Assembly: GCA_947626605.1 (NCBI GenBank)
Contig: CANQSV010000002.1
Location: 92,231-156,230, forward strand
Direction of reading: 5' to 3'
DNA: 64,000 bases
DNA from: an uncultured Clostridia bacterium
GTDB lineage: Bacteria > Bacillota > Clostridia > TANB77 > CAG-508
Translations under genes and position numbers: made by a program
Notes under the pieces: model-generated
Databases searched by the model: none
Seen by the model: the letters and a program-made list of their open reading frames with translations, nothing else
Told to the model about the DNA's origin: nothing
Shown here: positions 59,767 through 64,000 of the stretch, one piece after another
Position numbering within the stretch: the stretch's first letter is position 1
Layout of the letters: each line of letters begins with the position of its first letter

Positions 59767-61492
59767 CACTATCCCCTCCTTTTACTTGTGATGTATATAT
59801 TTCATTGTAAATTTTATTTGTTTTTAATAATTCTTCATGAGTACCTATTCCGTTAATTTCTCCATTTTCTAGAACAATAATTCTATCTGCATCTTCAACT
59901 GAAGATATTCTTTGTGCAATTATAATCTTAGTAGTATTAGGAATTTCTTCTTTAAATGCTTTTCTAATCAAATTATCAGTCTTAGTATCTACTGCACTAG
60001 TAGAATCATCTAATATTAATATTTTTGGTTTTTTTAGCAAAGCTCTTGCTATACAAAGCCTTTGTTTTTGTCCTCCAGATACATTTGTTCCACCTTGCTC
60101 TATGTATGTATTATATCCGTCTGGGAAACCAGAAATAAATTCGTCTGCTTGTGCTAATTTACAAACTCTAACCATTTCTGCATCTGTCGCATTTTCTTTT
60201 CCCCAACGCAAATTTTCTTTTATTGTTCCTGAAAATAGTACATTTTTTTGTAAAACCATAGCTACTTCATTTCTTAGAGTTTCCAAATCGTAATCCTTTA
60301 CATTAATATTTCCTACTTTTACAGTTCCACTCGTTGCATCATAAAGTCTAGGTATTAATTGTACAAATGTTGTTTTCGAACTTCCAGTTTCTCCGATTAT
60401 ACCTATTGTTTCTCCTTCTTTTATGTTTATATTTATATTTTTTAGGCAGATTCTGTTTTCATCATCTACATAACTAAAGTTTACATTTTCAAAAGATATG
60501 CTTCCATCTGTAACTTTTTTTATAGCTTTATCATTATTTTTTATATCACTTTCTTCTTCAAGAATTTCTATTATTCTTTCTGCTGATGCTTTTGATATTA
60601 TTATCATTACAAAAATCATTGATAACATCATAAGGCTCATAAGTATATTCATTGTATATGTTATTAATGTTGATAATTGTCCTGTTGTGATTGTATGTAC
60701 TACTACAAGCTTAGCTCCAAACCATGATAACAAAAGTATTGCACTATATGTTGCAAATTGCATTAGTGGACTATTGAAAGCTAAAATCTTCTCTGCTTTT
60801 GAAAAGTCTTTATAAATTGAGTTTGACGTTTTTTCAAATTTTTCAATTTCTTTATCTTCCGTTACATATGATTTAACAACTCTTATACCTCTTACATTTT
60901 CTTGTACTATATTGTTTAGTTTATCATAAGTTTTAAATACTCTTTCAAAATATGGATGTGCTTTTACTGAAATAACTGTTAATCCAATTGCTAATATTGG
61001 AATAATTCCCACAAATACAAAAGCTAACTTTGTATTTATTCCAAAAGCCATTATTAATGAAATTATTATCATCAGAGGAGCTCTTACAGCCCCTCTGATA
61101 ATCATATGAAAAGCATTTTGAACATTTGTTACATCTGTTGTTAATCTTGTAACAATACTGGCTGTTGAAAATTTATCAATATTTGAAAAAGAGTATTCTT
61201 GCACCTTATAATACATATCTTTTCTTAAATTTTTTGCAAACCCTGCAGAAGCTTCGGCTGCAAATTTACCTGATAAGGCTCCAAAAATTAATGCTAATAT
61301 TACTGCTCCTACTAATAGTATTCCTGCTTTATATATTACACCTACATTGTAACTATTAATTCCTTGATCTATTAAATATGCCATTATTAGAGGAATTACT
61401 ACATCCATAACAACTTCTAGTGATACAAATATTGGTGATAATATTGTTACTTTTTTATATTCTCTAATACTTTTTAATAATTTTCCTATCAT
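59759..61492 (-). CDS. ABC exporter permease/ATPase fusion, heterodimer subunit with a non-catalytic Walker B
   Basis: Six-TM domain. GETGSSKTT, VSGGQKQR, ILILDDSTSAVD (Asp in place of the catalytic Glu). Confidence 0.9.
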   Translation of the reverse strand: MIGKLLKSIREYKKVTILSPIFVSLEVVMDVVIPLIMAYLIDQGINSYNVGVIYKAGILLVGAVILALIFGALSGKFAAEASAGFAKNLRKDMYYKVQEYSFSNIDKFSTASIVTRLTTDVTNVQNAFHMIIRGAVRAPLMIIISLIMAFGINTKLAFVFVGIIPILAIGLTVISVKAHPYFERVFKTYDKLNNIVQENVRGIRVVKSYVTEDKEIEKFEKTSNSIYKDFSKAEKILAFNSPLMQFATYSAILLLSWFGAKLVVVHTITTGQLSTLITYTMNILMSLMMLSMIFVMIIISKASAERIIEILEEESDIKNNDKAIKKVTDGSISFENVNFSYVDDENRICLKNININIKEGETIGIIGETGSSKTTFVQLIPRLYDATSGTVKVGNINVKDYDLETLRNEVAMVLQKNVLFSGTIKENLRWGKENATDAEMVRVCKLAQADEFISGFPDGYNTYIEQGGTNVSGGQKQRLCIARALLKKPKILILDDSTSAVDTKTDNLIRKAFKEEIPNTTKIIIAQRISSVEDADRIIVLENGEINGIGTHEELLKTNKIYNEIYTSQVKGGDSDE

Positions 61493-61585
61493 GTTTCCTC
61501 CTTATGTTATTTCTCTATTTTTAAGACAAATAATGGCGGATATTATATCTGCCATTATTGTATAAAATCTATTATTCAAATACTA

Positions 61586-62233
61586 CTACTCTGCATTCTT
61601 TTTCATTTTTTCTAAATATACTGTTATTACTGTAACAGTTAAGATATATACTAGCAATGATAATGGCATTGTTAGTTTTGATATTGGTATTCTGCAAATT
61701 GCAAAAACGCTAAAATATAACGCTTGCATTATGATAACTGGCGCTAGTGATGTTAATGTAACATTTAATAATCCTAATTTTCTAAATCTTATTAGCATAT
61801 AAACAAATATTATTATTGTTGTTATTACTAAAGGTTTTATATATGGTTTTATAATATCTCTCAATCTAGTATGAGGTTCGCTTACCACTACTACAACATC
61901 TTCAGTCTTTTCATCAATTTTATATTTCTCTCTTATTTTACTATCTAAAGATTTCTTTTGCTCTGCAGTAATATTTTTTACTGTAAATGATACATCTTTA
62001 TTAAAAGTTTCTATATCCTGTTTTAAAACTTTTTCGTTTGGAAGAACTTCTTTTATAATATTATTTAAATCTTCTACAGAATAATCTTTTTCTATATATA
62101 TTTTTATCCTTTTGTGTCCTTCATATATTAAGCCAAAATTAAATCCAATTGTTGCAACAATGATTGCTCCTATCATAATAATTAAAATCAATATTGGAAA
62201 TACGACTTTTTTTACATTTTTTATTTTTTCCAA
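61586..62233 (-). CDS. secF: SecF-like protein-export membrane protein (short, divergent)
   Basis: Position after secD, with TM1, a small extracytoplasmic domain and a C-terminal TM bundle. TTG at 62233 lies 8 nt after AAGGAG. Confidence 0.6.
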   Translation of the reverse strand: MEKIKNVKKVVFPILILIIMIGAIIVATIGFNFGLIYEGHKRIKIYIEKDYSVEDLNNIIKEVLPNEKVLKQDIETFNKDVSFTVKNITAEQKKSLDSKIREKYKIDEKTEDVVVVVSEPHTRLRDIIKPYIKPLVITTIIIFVYMLIRFRKLGLLNVTLTSLAPVIIMQALYFSVFAICRIPISKLTMPLSLLVYILTVTVITVYLEKMKKNAE

Positions 62234-62257
62234 ATTTCTCACTCCTTATTGTTAGAA

Positions 62258-63766
62258 TTATTGTTTATTTACAGCTAAAAACATAGGTCTTGCGAATACT
62301 AATATTGTTAACAGAATACTGATAATTCCCCAGAACATTATCATACCTGCTGCTGCAATATTTTCTCCCAAAGTGAATGTAAATACTATTGCAATTGCTA
62401 ATAAAATTACTAGTATATCTAAAGACTCTAATATTGCATGCCATATAGCAGTTTTCTTATTATCACTGTTTTTCATGCTTTCCAACATTTTTATCATTAT
62501 AATTGTATTAGCTATAATAATTGAAATAACAACTGGTACTGCATTTATTCCAATTACAACATTAGTTAGTCTAACAAAAATTGATAAACAAGCTATCACT
62601 AATATATTCATAATAGTTCCAAGAATACCTAAGCCTTTATATGCAACAATTAGAGCTATTGATATTACAGCAAATAATACAATAAGTATACTTATTGTTA
62701 TATTAATTTGCATTTGTGTTATTTCTGTTCCTAAGATCTCATTTCCATCAATTTTATATTCTATTTTATTTAACCCTGAATTTAATATAGAAGTTACTTG
62801 CATTGCTTGATTATAATAGTCTTGCAGTTTTTCGTTGCTTGTAGCTGTTCCTATACTTAATTGTAATTTTCCATCTTTTATTTCACTATCAAATGCTTGC
62901 GTAGTAACATCTGTGTATTCTATATTTCCTGTATACATGTTTGGCCAATCTAGTCTTAAAATTACTTTTCCACTTTCTTTTGCTGTATTGTTTGTTGTTG
63001 TATTATTGTTTGTTGTGTTATTGTTTGTTGTATTATTGCTTGTTGTATTATTGCTTGTTGTATTATTTGTTGTTGTATTATTTGTTGTTGTATTATTGTC
63101 TTCATCGTTTGTTTCTACATAAGTATTAGTAATTTCTTTTAATTTTTTTGTTCCTTCTTTGTTTAGTTGAACTATTACATATACATTTGTTGCTTGACTG
63201 CCACTTTGAGTTTGTCCATTAGCATATGCAACAGTTGCTTTTTTTAAATCATCATTTGAAAGCAATACTTTTCCACTTGTTTCTGATACCATTTCGAATT
63301 TTCCAGTTGGGGTTAAAGCATTTACAACATCATTAGTGTTATCATTATTTGGTAATTCTACTACTATATCTCCATTTTTCTTTGAACTCTTTATAGCATA
63401 TCCATCTACTTTTATATTTTTTAATCTTTCTTCAATTATCTCTTTTGCTTTTTTATAGTTTTCTTCATTTAAGTTTTCTTTTGGATTGATTTCAACTTCT
63501 TCTTTTTTATATTTTGACTCATCTTCTCCTTCTGGAATACTGCTTACTTCTTTTCCATTCTCATCAAAATAAATAGTTTTCTTTCCTTCATTTACTTTTA
63601 GAGTTATTACTCTTTTCTGTCCAAGTTCCATTCCTAAGTTATAATTTGGTATTAAATTTACATATTGATTTGTTTTTTTAACATAAATCCCTACAAAAGA
63701 GATTAGTGATAATAAAATTACTATTGAAATTATTAATACTATTTTTATTGCATTTCCTTTTTTCAA
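62258..63766 (-). CDS. secD: SecD-like protein-export membrane protein with an Asn/Thr low-complexity insertion
   Basis: Blocks resembling the SecD P1 domain (GDIVVELPN, TGKFEMV) and a C-terminal 5-TM bundle. TTG at 63766 lies 7 nt after AAGGAGG. Confidence 0.65.
   Translation of the reverse strand: MKKGNAIKIVLIISIVILLSLISFVGIYVKKTNQYVNLIPNYNLGMELGQKRVITLKVNEGKKTIYFDENGKEVSSIPEGEDESKYKKEEVEINPKENLNEENYKKAKEIIEERLKNIKVDGYAIKSSKKNGDIVVELPNNDNTNDVVNALTPTGKFEMVSETSGKVLLSNDDLKKATVAYANGQTQSGSQATNVYVIVQLNKEGTKKLKEITNTYVETNDEDNNTTTNNTTTNNTTSNNTTSNNTTNNNTTNNNTTTNNTAKESGKVILRLDWPNMYTGNIEYTDVTTQAFDSEIKDGKLQLSIGTATSNEKLQDYYNQAMQVTSILNSGLNKIEYKIDGNEILGTEITQMQINITISILIVLFAVISIALIVAYKGLGILGTIMNILVIACLSIFVRLTNVVIGINAVPVVISIIIANTIIMIKMLESMKNSDNKKTAIWHAILESLDILVILLAIAIVFTFTLGENIAAAGMIMFWGIISILLTILVFARPMFLAVNKQ
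62981..63100 (-). repeat. In-frame 15-bp tandem repeat (8 units) inside secD encoding (T/S)NNTT
   Basis: Units tgttgtattattg(t/c)t repeated head-to-tail. Confidence 0.9.
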
Positions 63767-64000
63767 TTGTATTCCTCCTTTTATGTACAATGCATATGCA
63801 TTGCAATTAATAATTAATATTGAATAATGAATAATTGTATAGAATTATTCATTGTTCAAATTACTTTCATTGTGATATTTTTATATCACAAATATAAACA
63901 TATCCAATTTTTTACTTCATTTATGTCCTATTTACAGCAATCTTGTATCATTTATTACTAATTCAAACCATACTTTTAAAAATTTAGCTGCATATTTACT

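Overview
Very AT-rich, gene-dense chromosomal segment from a low-GC Gram-positive, Clostridia-like Firmicute. Supporting markers are sigH, a CIRCE-controlled hrcA-grpE-dnaK-dnaJ operon, LPXTG/sortase surface proteins, a T-box leader and standard code 11. I count about 60 protein genes, roughly 90% on the minus strand, plus tRNA-Trp, tRNA-Thr and tmRNA. No CRISPR array, transposase, integrase or prophage gene is recognisable. The content is mostly housekeeping: asnB (5' cut by the window), glgP, rny, rimO, the dnaK operon, rpmB, nth, mltG, nfeD/SPFH, murD, cmk-like, upp, efp, pepP, trmB, ychF, sigH, TPK, uvrA, greA, aspS and secDF. Accessory-looking pockets are a thioester-domain adhesin with a sortase, an orphan solute-binding protein with a hybrid histidine kinase, an LPXTG 'choice-of-anchor A' protein, and a heterodimeric ABC exporter. 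The most interesting signals are: (1) a second MurD-family ligase whose start overlaps the stop of an upstream PP-loop/Cys-cluster ATPase, with a divergent XRE regulator. This is a candidate MurD2/MurL-type route (L-Glu ligation then epimerisation) or a new peptidoglycan-precursor editing module, and both MurD homologues lack the DSKATN lysine. (2) The aspS T-box, whose specifier position reads AAC (Asn) overlapped by GAA (Glu) rather than GAC. (3) A dispersed motif T-run+ATATTGTAG(G) that follows six intrinsic terminators in the same orientation; two copies carry a hairpin module with a compensatory base-pair change. (4) An unannotated 40-codon poly-Asn ORF with a strong SD and its own terminator. 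(5) A promoter-to-terminator structured RNA of about 175 nt upstream of ychF. (6) Apparent decay or phase variation in the adhesin/sortase locus and a frameshifted trmB. All calls come from reading the sequence and ORF translations; no database search was possible.
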